DNA of 60,139 nucleotides, filler included, from Hausera hauseri (Eukaryota): NCBI GenBank assembly GCA_046269625.1. It is 11 parts of 11 records of this genome, joined end to end, with 100 filler letters (N's around TTAATTAATTAA, not from the genome) between each part and the next. Parts side by side here need not be neighbours in the genome. Positions count along the whole stretch, not along the records: positions 1 to 4,219 come from JBJURY010693882.1; positions 4,320 to 11,034 come from JBJURY010072328.1; positions 11,135 to 15,612 come from JBJURY010561673.1; 8 more parts are not named here. One strand, 5' to 3'. Shown piece by piece: positions 1 to 12,727 of this stretch (position 1 is its first letter; each line of letters starts with the position of its first letter). The notes under the pieces were generated by a model. It saw only the letters and a program-made list of their open reading frames with translations, ran no database searches and was not told where the DNA came from. The position numbers and the translations under genes were made by a program.

Positions 1-199
1 TATTTATTCATTAAATAGACTAGACACATTTGAACCACGCAACTCAGATAGTCATATATCTAAGATTGAATCCCAACCGTCAACTAATTCTGAAACGCGA
101 CAATTCAATTGACTATTCCAAGCCACGAAATGATGTCGACTAATTCTTATTATACAGAATGAACATTAAATATTCAAGTCATCAAATTAAATAAAACAT

Positions 200-1820
200 T
201 TACCAATTGCCAAATCGACAAACAAACCGTGACCCAAAACCATCAAGTGAAGAAAGATTTATCATGATTCATGGAAGGTTCGACATTTATCACAGTAAAA
301 ATGATAATCAATCCTTTCATTTCTTCAACGGCAAGAAGAGTCTATATCACATTTCGCATTCACCGTCATCATTACCATGTCATCCAGGTATCGACCCTTT
401 TCTGGCACTTTATTATATCTGTTCTACAACATTAAATTTATTCAATACAGATTCCAGTGTCAAGAGGAAATCGAGGATAAGGATCCGAAATCCCATAAGA
501 GCAGTATATTCCGGAGGCCGCTGCCCTACCTGTAATGAGATTGCACTGTTAATACTTTATAGTTTCGGTATCTAATAATGTCGTTCCTATACCAATTCCC
601 GATGTCCTAGCTCATAAGTGTAGAATTTTAATCTTTGAGCATTCTTCGTACTGAATTGTTCATAAACGATGTTATACATTGCACACTACTCCAATTCATA
701 AATTAAAGTTAACCACACAAAATTTCAGAAGTCTTATGAAAATATACTTTTACTTTAAATGGTTTTATTTTAAAATCTCTGTCATCAACTTTAAATTACT
801 AGTCGTCTCATTTCTTTACTCTACTTTGATCAGAATTTGAGTATTTTTGTTTTCGTGTTACTAACAGAAATACGTACCATACCTTTCTGATATTCAATGG
901 GACTTCAATGGGGCTTCGAGTTTTCTTTCAAGTCAATCGTGTTCTTTACGTTCGTTCGGATAGTACAATACAGCAATGCACATACATCAATTCAGGGTAC
1001 ATATGTCCAAACAATTAAACACGAACGAAGATTTATACATATACACAAGTGTCAAATTAAAATGATATATTAATGTAATTTTTAAATGTCAATCTGCTGT
1101 CATCAGCAAATATAATCATTGGAAGGGGAACACTCCCATACTTCTTCCATAACCACTGAGCTTTGCTTCATAGTCACTCGAATGACCCATAGGCTGATTT
1201 CATAAGTTGTCCAGCTTTGAACGTTTTTTAACAAAATCATTATAATGTAGACCATTTCAATACCTCGATGTTATTCACATTCACTCAAAGGGTTATTATA
1301 TATAATTACTCAACCATATTAGAGAATTTGCTCATTTTATTCCAATTCAAACACGCAACCAATTAAGCTCACAAAAGGACTCATACGTGTAATTATTATT
1401 TGATTCTTTACCCGCGTCGTCTGGTTCATCTCAAGTCGCTCTTAAATATCGTCTGCGGCATCTGCCGGGAAAGATCTGTACGATGCCCCTTTATTTTCAG
1501 AATATTATTTGCTTCTGTCAAATAGTCCACTTGTTTTAGACGCAGACCATCCACAGTAAAACGAACTATCCATTGTTAGAACGCATCAGTGTTCACCTTC
1601 GTCAACTCTATATACTACACTCTCGTTTCCGTTCATTAATTGACGTTTCGGTTAAGTCGCTTCGAACTTTATCATTTATGGTTTGAAATTTTATTAAACA
1701 ACAAAATAATATACAAAATAAATGAAAACGAAATAATGGCAACGACCACAAAACAAGGTTAATCTGCTTACCAAGCTCAATTCCATTATCATTGTCTCTT
1801 GGGAAATTTGTTGCTTCCAT
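200..1820 (-). pseudogene. Degenerate gene of unknown function, possibly spliced
   Basis: ATG at 1820 (MEATNFPRDNDNGIEL) followed by a G|GTAAG donor and downstream of the TATA/CRE promoter; later sequence is coding-like but interrupted by stops; no family recognised. Confidence 0.3.
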
Positions 1821-2061
1821 CTTAGATTATTACCAAAGTATTGTAAATCAGATCCAAATTCTTCACCTGGCGATTGCAATCGAAAAGGGCGTAGTATAGT
1901 GTTTTTAGTAACCGTTTATCGAGTATTTCTAATATCAAAATATCAATATTCATAAAGGTAATAACTCGTTACTCTTCACGAGTTGACTCTTCGGAGTTTA
2001 GCATTGAGAAGTATAAATTCGTAGTGTGTAATAGTGTGTGTTTTTGTTCGAATGCTTCGTC

Positions 2062-2249
2062 TATTTATATGTATAATTTGCTATTTTTGAAATGACGTCA
2101 ATTCTATTTTCGAAATCGTGTGAATGACGTTAATCCGACGAATTATTGTGTCTATAATAATTTTCAAAATCTAATTATATATCGATTGGTATGATAATGA
2201 CGTCAATTCGATGATTTTAAAATCTAATTTCGCTTTGCTGATGACGTCA
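2062..2249 (-). promoter_or_regulatory. Pol II-type promoter: TATA box plus four CRE/ATF-type elements
   Basis: TGACGTCA at 2093-2100, 2198-2205 and 2242-2249 and TGACGTTA at 2125-2132, each in a similar flank; minus-strand TATAAATA at 2062-2069. Confidence 0.6.
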
Positions 2250-2679
2250 ATCCAACGATTTTATATCCAATTTGTGTATTAACTAATTTTCTTAATTTGT
2301 ATTTTTTCTAATTAACTAATTTTCTTAATTTGTATTTGTGGGGGCAATGGGATAACTGATCTACGAAATAAATTTAAAATAAATAATTGATTTATGGTGA
2401 ATTCACAAGATACTTCCACAAGACAATTTTATTTTTCGATAGTTTAATTCATAAAATAATTTGTATTTTTTGGTGGTCGCGGTTGGACAAAGATTAAGGT
2501 TCACAATCAATCTACAATCATCAGTGTAATAAAAACGCCCATCATGGGGGCTTAACAGTAATGTTGAAGATTTATCAAAACAGGAATGAGTGTGTTAAAG
2601 TTGTTAAAATGTCTCAAAAGTCTGTTATCAAGAGTCTGTTAAAATCTGTCATCAAAAGTTAAAGTCTGTCTGTCGTCTG

Positions 2680-3779
2680 TTAAAGTGTCTCAACAAGTTT
2701 CGTCCGCTGGCTTGCTGACATTAGTTTAGGGAAATGGAAACATTCACCATTCATAGCTTCTAACATCATTTTAAATTGCGATTCTTGAGACGCTGAAGGA
2801 AGTAGACATCCTCTTTTTCTCACTAGAGTGCTTTCTGTTTTACTTACCACTGTTGGATTGCGGCTCAGTTCACGAATATCTGGTATGTATTTCTGTCTAA
2901 TTCCTAGTATTTTTAACATTTCACGTACTCTAAATCCGGTAACAACAAACCCGTATAAGCAGTGGCTTATATCTATGCCTCTTTCGAGTTGTAGCTTCGT
3001 GATTCCGGTCACGTCAGGAAATGTATCCTAACTTTAGTTCTGTGTGCTATTATTTTGTTTATAATTTCTTTTCTATTTATACTTCGGATGGAAACTTCGA
3101 TTGGGATATACCATCAATCATCCTTTTTTCCATAGTTCACGGCTAAAACTCGAGTATTCCTGCCGTCTGGAACTAGTCTGAAAGATTCTCCATTCTGTTC
3201 TATATCGTCTTCTGAAGGCTTCTGTTTACATAATAGGAGCGGTAGTGGCTTCATCACTTCTGTTCGTAGGGTGAGCTCAAACATAAGCTTGGTCGGACGT
3301 TCTGCAATTCTGAACTCCAAAGCGTAATCCATAAGGCTAGAGCAACATAGATCATATGTGCTGAACTTCCATTGTTGACTCCAAAATTGTCCTACGATCC
3401 TGTATTGTAGTTCTCCATCAGCGACATGTATGTATATTTACTGACGCATCGGTTCATACAGAGTCATGACTCTCAACATATATGCTCGTGCATTCTTTGC
3501 GCTTCGTGTAGCATATAATCGGACCAGTCGATTTTCCTCCAAGCTCCATTACAATTTATTCGGTATTTTGCTTTCTCGGTCGATTTCCACGTACGTTTTA
3601 TTTTTCAAACTTTCTCCGATTTGGCGGTATAAGCTTTTAGATGCAGGCTTTAGAACTGTCACATTTTGTTGTAGAAAATCATCGATGTCGTATCTGGAAC
3701 TGTGTGCTTCAATTTTCGCCTTTTCGGCCATATTTACTCTGTTAAAATAGAAATAAAGGTCAATCCTAAGAGAGATCAT
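2680..3779 (-). pseudogene. Broken intronless-looking ORF of unknown function (pieces 3549-3779, 3114-3332, 2680-3012)
   Basis: Three collinear same-strand ORF pieces with protein-like composition, separated by stops or frameshifts; AT-rich 3' region with AATAAA. Confidence 0.4.
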
Positions 3780-4319
3780 CGTTTTTAAACAAAACGTTTT
3801 CTCTATCTGATGATAGGATAACCCGATTTGTAATTGTCAGGTTATGCTATCATACAGCCCGTCTTGGTATCCTTTTACCCGTTTACCTGTCTGTTGATTT
3901 TGACGCCGTTACTTACAGTTTTTTGAAACTGAGAAACTCTTCGATGTTAATATGACAAGAACGAAAATTGACAAACTAAATATAGCTATTATTGGTAAGT
4001 TATTCGGTTCAATAGAATTTTGCGTAGTAATTGCATTTTGAGTATTAGTATCCTTATATTACATTACGTGAACTTCGTCGTTAAGGGTTCGTACTGTAAG
4101 AGTTTAATGTCTCTTACCATCTGCGGTCATTTGAATTATATAATCGTTTAGTGATTGTAGGGATTTGCATTCGATTTCTTGACTAATCTTCTTTAAGATT
4201 ACAATTTGGTTGGTATGTANNNNNNNNNNNNNNNNNNNNNNNNNNNNNNNNNNNNNNNNNNNNTTAATTAATTAANNNNNNNNNNNNNNNNNNNNNNNNN
4301 NNNNNNNNNNNNNNNNNNN

Positions 4320-7300
4320 GCTCAACACCTCGTTACTACGCTCGTTGGCCGGCGTGTGCTTCAGGTAATCTTCCAGCGCACGCACCGCACCGTACACCTG
4401 GTACACGCTTATCCCACCAAAAAGCAAGGTCACCGCCAGGCTCATGCCGGTTTGCGCCGGATTCGTGCGGTCGTTGGCACCCCGGGTATCCCTGCCCACC
4501 TCTTCGTTATTCCTGTTTACCCTGGCCAGTTCATCGTCATACGCCCGCTGCGCCCTCCTGTTCGCCTCTTCCGCTGCCGCATTCGCGGCATTCCGCTTCT
4601 CGACATCACTCTGCCACGCCTTCAGCTTCTCCAGATAATCCTGGTCATACACATTCGCGTCGCCCGGATGCAGCCCGTGGTACTGCACCTCAAACTGAGC
4701 CTTGATCCCCACTATATGGAGATCCCACGCTGCCGTCCTCACGACCGCATCCGGCTTCAAGCGAACCTCTATCCCGTTAAGTCCGGCGTGATAATTCAGT
4801 CTTGCCTGCTCCAGCAGCGCATCATTCATCGCCTGACCATGCCTGAGCAATGCATCATTGAGCGTACCTCCCTGATCAGCCAACCTTTGCACCTGCTGCC
4901 GCCCGGCATCATCCAGCATGTCGGGTGCCAAACCCTGTGCCCATTTAGCCAGTTCATTCACCTTGCCTTTCAGGCTATCAATTTCCTGTCGTGTAACCGG
5001 CGTGGTGGGGTCATTCAGCATCAGTCGCATCTGATCCAGCTCACCCTGCGCCTGTGCCAGATATTTATGCAGATTTTCCTGCATGGTTTCTCTTCTGAAC
5101 AGGTCGACATTGTTCAGTAGCTCAAACATCTCCTTATACGCATTCTCTGCCAGCAGCTCACGCACCTGAGTCACAGAAAGCTTGCTGATATCGTTGCCTT
5201 TCAGCGATGAAAACTGACCCTGAGCGACAGCCTCATCTATCTTTTCGAGCAGCTGCCTGAAAAGATCCACATTCATCGGCAGCTTAGCAAACGTGGAGTG
5301 CAATTCAGCATATTGCGCCCTGATCTTTTCCCTATATGCTGGTGCCGTTACATAACTCTCGACATGGGTTTTGTAGTGAGTAACCTTTTTAAGATTGCCC
5401 GGCTCCAGCCCCACGGTCATGATCTTGTCCTGCTCTGCGATCAAAGACTCACCCAGATCAACAAAAGCCTTGATTGCTTCCTTTTGCCCCCGAGTCGCAA
5501 CACCTTGCATGTAATCTTTCTTCAAAAAATCCACTATCACCTTCAGATAACGGGTACTCAGGGTATAGGCTTTTGCCAGATAACTTTCAGCCTTCACCGA
5601 CGCGGTGTGAGCCTCTAGCAGAGGTAACACCTTATCGACATTTTCCTTGTAGGCTGGCGCATATTCTGTGGGATCAAGGTTAGCAACTTTCAGAATGTCT
5701 GCGTTCTCGTTCAACTGTTTTATGGCATCCAGCACCTGGCCTGTAGTAGGCGCACCGGACTTCTTGCCCTCCATTTTTGGAATTGCATCTTCCAGCCACT
5801 GGTTCAGCGTTTGCAGATCCTGAATGTTTTTCGCCAGAGCCTTTTCTGAAAACTTCCCCTGATCCATGGAGTCAACCAGCGGCGGCATTTTACCCATCAG
5901 ATTGTCCAGCGCATCACTCAGCATCCGGACTCTGTCATCGGCCAATGCCTGGTTAACCGCCTTCTCCACATTGTCCAGGTTCGCCCTTGCTTCATCAGGC
6001 GTGGCCCAGCCATTGGCTTCCGCTTCTGCCAGGTGGGCTATTGCCCTGTTGCGCACATCAGCCACGTTCTCTGGGAAGCGCCTGCCGTTATCTGCCGGAT
6101 CTTTGGCTCGTGCAGAAAGCTCTGCCGCCTTCTCCAGTGCCTCTCGTACCTCAAGTTTCCATTGGTCTGGAGCCGTATTCCCCGCCCTGGCCTGACCCAG
6201 GCGACCATTCAACCGGTTCAGCTCGTTAGCTACATCCTGATCCTGGCGGTTCTCCAACACCTTCTGCACTTCACCCAGCCTGGCATTGACAGCATCCATC
6301 ATCTCTTCAGTCATCGCGACTCCATCCAGGGATGCATCTTTCAGCACCTTCTGAATCGCATTCATTTCAGGTTGCAATTCTGCAGCCTGGCGAATAGCAG
6401 GGTCTTTTACCTTATTCGTCAAGGCATTGACTGCGTCCGACAACTTCTGCCACGCACCCTCGAATACAGCAGTGTCCACTTTAGTCACGGCATCAACCGC
6501 AATTTTATTCACCATATCGCTCTGCTTGGCATCAAGCAAAGCGCCCAGCACGGCTTTGGCCAAATCCTTTAAGCCTTGATCTATGCCGTCCATCGGCACG
6601 TGGTTGTAGCGCATATCGTTAGCCAGCTTGCCTGCCTTGACCATGGCATCGCTCAACGCCGGGTTATTCAGGTTATCCAGTTCCATTTGCCCGGCCTGCG
6701 CCTTGGGTCGCATTTTGTCTATCTCAGTCACCTGAGCCAGCAATTTTTCAGTCGCCTCTTCCCCTGCGGGTGTCAGCCACCCTTTTTTCAAAATTTCTTG
6801 CAGTTTCCTGGCCAGGGGGTCATTTTTCGCCGCATCATCCAGCGTCACATTCTTGCCCGGTTTCAAATAATTTCCTATCGCCTTGTCAACTGCGGCGAGA
6901 GGATCCGGGGTTTCCTTACCCAGCAGCGCATTATTCACCACCTGATCATGCCTGAGCAATGCATCATTGAGATCACCTATCTGCTCGGTCATCCCTTGCA
7001 CCTGCTTCTGCCCGGCAGCATCCAGCATGCCGAGTGCCAGACCCTTCGCCCATTTCACCAGTTCATTAATCTTGCCCTTCAGGCCATCAATTTCCTGCTG
7101 TGTAACCTGCGTGGTGTCTTTGGGATCATTCAGCATCTGCAGCATCCGGTCCAGATCACCCTGCGCCTGTGTCAGATATTTATTCAGATTTGCCTGCATG
7201 ACTTCTTTTCTGAACAGGGTGCCGTTGTCCAGCACGTCATACATGTCTTTACGCGCATTCTCTGCCAGCAGATCACCCACTTGGACTACAGAAAGCCTGT

Positions 7301-10300
7301 TGATATTCTTGCCTTTCAGCATGGCATATTCATCCATCTTTCCGAGTAGATTCTTGAAAGCAGCCTCATCCATCGGCAGTTTGCTGAACTCAGAGTGTAA
7401 TTTACTATACTGCGCCTTGATCTTTTTTCTATATGCCGATGGAAAGATATATCTCTCGGCATGGGTTTGGGAGTCAATAAACTTCCAGATCCTGTGCGGC
7501 TCCAGCCCCCCGGTCATGATCTTCTCTTGCTCCATGATCAAATCAGCACCCAGATCAACAAAAGCCGCGATTGCTGCCTGTTGCGCCTCGGTCTTAGCAA
7601 CTTTCTCGTAATCATGCTTCACAAAATCCACCATCATCTGCAGATGGCTGGTACTCAAGGTATAGGCTTTTGCCAGATAACTCTCAGTCGTCACCGGCGC
7701 GGTGTACGCCTCTAACAGAGGTAACACCTTATCGACACTTGTCTTGTAGGCTGGCACATATTTTATGGGATCAAGGCCGGCAGCTTGCAGAATGTCTGCG
7801 TTCTCGTTCAACCGTTTTATGACATCCAGCACCTGGGTTTTCTCAGGCGCACCAGACTTCTTGCCCTCCATTTTTGGAATTGCATCTTTCAGCCACTGGT
7901 TCAGTGTTTTCAGATCCTTGATGTTTTTCGCCAGAGCCGTGCTTAAAAACTTCACCTCATCCATGGGATCGAGCTGCGGCGGCATCTTACCCATCAGGTT
8001 GTCCAGTGCATCATTCAGTGTCCGGACTCTGTTATCGGCCAATGCCTGGTCAACCGCCTTCTCCAGATTGCCCCGGCTCACCCTTGCTTCTTCAGGCGTA
8101 ATCCAGCCCTTGGCTTCCGCTTCTGCCAGATTGGCTTCTGCCCTGTTGCGTGCCCCAATCACCTCCTCCGGGTAGCGCCTGCCGTTATCTGCCAGATCCT
8201 TGGCTCGCGCAGAAAGTTCTGCCGCCTTCTCCAGTGCATCCTGCACCCCAAGCTGCCATTGGTTTTTATCTGTACTATTGGGCGGATTATCAACTGCTGG
8301 CTGAACCACCCGGCCAGGGTCGCTATCACCCGTCATCAGCGCTTTCAGCACGCCGGCGGTCAAGGAATCCACCTCACCGGCAAACGGTATCTTGACCTCG
8401 GGATGCTGCTGCAACTTGCCCAGGTTCTCGTATATCCGCGCCAGCAGCGACTTTGCATCCTTAAGCTTCATGGCATCCGGGTCGCCTCTCAGGATGCCAG
8501 GCTCTGCTTTCTTGAGCTCCGTCACATCCTGGATAAACTGATCCAGCAAGGCACGCGTGGCACGGTCAACCTTAAACACGGCATCAACCCCGTCGCCCAG
8601 CATGGCCTTGGCCAAATCCTGCAAATCCTGCAAGCCTTGTATACCGTCCATCGGTACGCCGCTGTCGTGCATATCGTTGGCCAAATCGCCCGCCCTGACC
8701 ATGGCATAGCTCAACGCCAGGTTATCCGGTTCCATTTGCCCGACCTGTACCTTGAGTAGCATTTTGTCTACCTTGATCACCTGGGTCAGCAATTTCTCAG
8801 TCGCCTCTTCCCCTGCGGGTGTCAGCCCCCCTTTTTGCAAAATCTCTTGCAGTTTCTTGGCCAGGGGGTCATTTTCCGCTGCCGGATCCAGCGGCACACC
8901 CTTGCCCGGTCTCACATAACCCCCTGTCGTATCGTCAGGTAGCAAATCACCCAGCATGGCCTTGGCCAAATCCTGCAGGCCTTGTATACCATCCATCGGT
9001 ACGCGGTTGTGGCGCATATCGTCGGCCAGATCACCCGCCTTGAGTATGGCATAGCCCAACGCCGGGCTATCCAGTTCCATTTGCCCGACCTGTACCTTGA
9101 GTAGCATTTTGTCTATCTTGGTCATCTGACCCAGCAATTTTTCAGTCGCTTCTTCCCCAGCTAGTGTCAGCCCCCCTTTTTGCAAAATTTCTTGCAGTTT
9201 CCTGGCCAGGGGGTCCATTTCCGCCGCCGGATCCAGCGGCACACTCTTGCCCGGTCTCACATCACCCCTTATCGCCTTGTCAACTGCGGCGAGAGGCTCC
9301 GGTCCTGTCTGATCCGGCAGCACACCATTGACCGCCTGAGCATGCCTGAGCAATGCATCATTGAGCGTACCTCCCTGATCAGCCAATCTTTGCACCTGCT
9401 GCCGCCCGACATCATCCAGCATGTCGGGTGCCAGACTCTCCGCCCATTTCACCAGTTTATTAATCTTGCCTTTCAGGCCATCAATTTCCTGTCGTGTAAC
9501 CGGCGTGGTGTCTTTGGGATCATTCAGCATCTGTAGCACCCGGTCCAGCTCACCCTGCGCCTGTGTCAGATAGTCATGCAGATTTGCCTGCATGACTTCT
9601 TTTCTGAACAGGTTGGCGTTGTTCAGCACTTCATACATGTCTTTACGTGCATTATCTGCCAGCAGATCACGCACTTGAGCCACAGAAAGCTTGCTGACAT
9701 CGTTGCCTTCCAGTGGCGAAAGCCGACCCTGAGCGACATATTCACCTATCTTTCCGAGCAGATTCTTGAAAGCAGCCTCATCTATCGGCAACTTTTCAAA
9801 CTCACGGTACAACTGAGCATACTGCACTGTCATTCTGTATTCATATTCTGGATCCGTAACATAACTCTCGGTATGGGTTTGGGGGTCAATCTCCTTGTTG
9901 AGATTAGTAGGCTTCATCCCCCCGGTCATGATCTTTTCCTGCTCTTTGATCAAAGACTCACCCAGATCAACAAAAGTCTTTATGTCTGCCTGTTGCGCCT
10001 CGGTCTTGACAACTTTCTCGTAATCATGCTTCACAAAATCCACCATCAGCTCCAGATGGCTGGTGCTCAGGGTATAGGCTTTTGCCAGATAACTTTCAGC
10101 CGTTACCGGCGCGGTGTGTGCCTCCAGCAGTTGTAACCCCTTGTTGACATTTGCCGTGTAGGCTGGCGCATATTGTGTGGGATCAAGGCTGGCAGCTTTC
10201 AGAAGGTCTGCTTTCTCGTTCAACAGTTCTATGGTATTCAGCACCTGGGTCCTCTCAGACGCACTGGGCTTGTTGCCCTGCATAATTGCATCTTCCAGCG

Positions 10301-11034
10301 ACTTGTTCAGTTTTTCTAGCCACTTGTTTAGTACTTCCAGATCCTCAATGTTTTTCGCCAGAGCCTTGTCCAGAAACTTCCCCTGACCCACGGAATCGAT
10401 CAGCTTGTCCGTCGCATCATTCAGTGTTCGGACTCTGTCATCGGCCAATGCCTGCTCAACCGCCTTCTCCACTTCGTCCAGTTCCTTTATTGCTTCATCA
10501 AGCGTGAGCCAGCCTTTGACGCTCCACGCATATTCCAAGTGGAGCTCTGCCTTCTTGCGCGCAGCAATCACCTCCTCCGGGAAGCGCTTGCCGTGATCCT
10601 CCAGATCCTTGGCTCTCTCAGAAAGCTCTTCCGCCTTATCCAGTGCATCTCGCTGCTCAATCATCCAATCGTCTGGACCTATATCATCGGGCAGTACCTG
10701 ATTGCCAGCCATTGGCCTCGCTATCCACTCGGGGACCTGCTCATCCACCACTGGCTGATCCGGTACAGGAGGTGGTACTGGTTTCTCGGGTATAGCCTCA
10801 ACAGTGACCAGCATCGGTATATCCGGCAATGCCTGTATCCCTTTCAGCACCACAGGCCCAAAAACGCCGGGCTTGTCCCACAAATTGCCCTGTGCAGCTT
10901 CCGGGTGCCCGGAAAGTATATACCGCACCGAGCGGTGCAAAATATCCGCCCCCGTCTCCATCGCCGCCATCGTCTGTATCAACGTGGCATACGACACCCC
11001 GGTTGCCTGATACACCTGATACACCGTTTTCGAC
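4320..11034 (-). CDS. Partial giant alpha-helical repeat protein (>2230 aa, open at both contig ends), probably bacterial; putative secreted effector or toxin
   Basis: One uninterrupted frame across the whole contig; visibly higher GC than neighbours; no introns; three ~450-aa repeats starting W.x4.DAL(D/E)KA.ELS.RAKD; three ~115-aa repeats (PGK.V.LD.AA..DPLA.KLQEIL); C-terminal coiled coil followed by hydrophobic MSLAVTLLFGGISVYQVYGAV. Confidence 0.9.
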
Positions 11035-11469
11035 NNNNNNNNNNNNNNNNNNNNNNNNNNNNNNNNNNNNNNNNNNNNTTAATTAATTAANNNNNNNNNN
11101 NNNNNNNNNNNNNNNNNNNNNNNNNNNNNNNNNNTAACGTTAAACTGGTTTTTGATCCATATGAAAATTTTAGTAAACATTCCTTATAATCCCGAATGTT
11201 TATTTCAATTTGATTAAAGGATAATGATGAAACCAGTATGTATATTGGATGATAAAGTCGAATATGTACTAAATCTCCCGGATTATATTTACTTTTTATT
11301 TCAACAACGGCAGGCGAACACTGTAATTATACAATCATCCAATTTGAATAACAAATTATCTAAACCCAGCATAAGAGCAGGATTAACATCAAAAGAAACT
11401 TTTATTATTCCTGGTTGTTAAACAAAACTAACAATTCCATATTGATCAACAGTACATATTTTAAATACC

Positions 11470-12050
11470 TTTTCCTTTTTGAAGAATTGATTGTATTCGG
11501 TATATGTCGGGTTTTTCAGATAAGACTTGTAATTCCTCTTCGTAAAACTTACCCCAAATGATTAGACTATCTTTGTCTTCTATCACATATATGAACGGCA
11601 TTTTTTGGGTGCTTACATCAGAAATTTGGAAGACTTCATCACACCAGTTGTGATTAAAATTCCTAATAAATGGCGTAGTGCTGATTCTTGAAATACGAGC
11701 AAAATCACCGATTTTGTACTTTGATTTTTTCGGTTATCATATTGCAATAACCATGTACTTAGGTAATTGGTAACATCAATGGGTCGCGTTCCATTAAAAT
11801 TTCAGTGTTCTGAATGATTGTAGGCGTCTATGATTTTTGCTAAACTGTGAATCCAAATCTTATTAACCTGATTTGTAAAGAATTTGACAAGTCGACTGTA
11901 GGATTCGAGATCATAATTATTTGACACGCAATTATCAGAACTGTTTTCATTAACGCTTACCTTCGTTCTGATCATGCTTTGTAACGAGATTTAAAACATC
12001 CGCATTCGGTTCGTTTCGTTTTTATTTCGGTTATTTTGATATTTCTGAAT
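11470..12050 (-). pseudogene. Maverick/Polinton retroviral-like integrase, C-terminal part, degenerate
   Basis: Manual translation gives WIHSLAKIIDAYNHSEH..GTRPIDV and RISTTPFIRNFNHNWCDEVFQISDV...PFIYVIEDKD..LGKFYEEELQ, matching the Polinton integrase C-terminal pattern (YN..H...P.DV; NW..E.F.I; G.FYE.ELQ). Confidence 0.7.
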
Positions 12051-12224
12051 CAGAATTTGAACTGCAGATTGAATACATTTGTAACTAGGTTCAATTTTAT
12101 GTTCACAATCGATGGTTAAATATGTTTAATAATTGAGAAAGCCGAAGTATAACTTGTCTGTTGTAGTGAACTGAAGCAGCAACAAGAAACAGAAATAAGT
12201 TGAAAGTGTGTGAAATTATTTTAC

Positions 12225-12600
12225 CTTAATTAGCTATACTACCAGCATTTTACATATATAGCACCCACAGATTACCTATATTACATATATTACCAGTATA
12301 AGGTATTGATTAATGCATTGACTTATACACACATCGCATATATATTACCTATATGCTATCCGTATTTTATACATTTTACCTAGATAATTCCTATATCACA
12401 TACATACCCCCATGTATTAGCTGCATATTACTCACATTACCTAAGTATTATCCATTTGTATTTTTACATATACAAACAGAGAGACAAACACACACAGACA
12501 AACACACGCATACACATGACATATATTTTAGCTATACCTTTTACAAGCTACATGCATTTTACCCGAACATACATACACACAGACACACAAAAACATAGTA
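12225..12600. repeat. Low-complexity CA/TA-rich imperfect repeats between the Maverick genes
   Basis: Recurrent TTAGCTATAC, TTTTACATATA and ACACACAGACA motifs. Confidence 0.5.
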
Positions 12601-12727
12601 TTGGTTTATTGGTTAATGTAATTGCTTCATATTAACCCTTACTTATTCCACAGTACTTGAGGAAGAACGCAACAAGATTTTTCAAACAAAATTTATTGGA
12701 ATAACAATACAACAACATTTACACTAC

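Noticed and set aside
4264-4275. Recurrent palindromic TTAATTAATTAA as a biological repeat or recombination site
   Set aside because: Always centred in N runs of identical length; it is an assembly spacer. It also supplies the false stop of the 2250-aa ORF.
4356-11090. Numerous plus-strand ORFs overlapping the giant ORF
   Set aside because: Antisense shadows of a GC-rich coding strand; they repeat with the same period and show no independent motifs.
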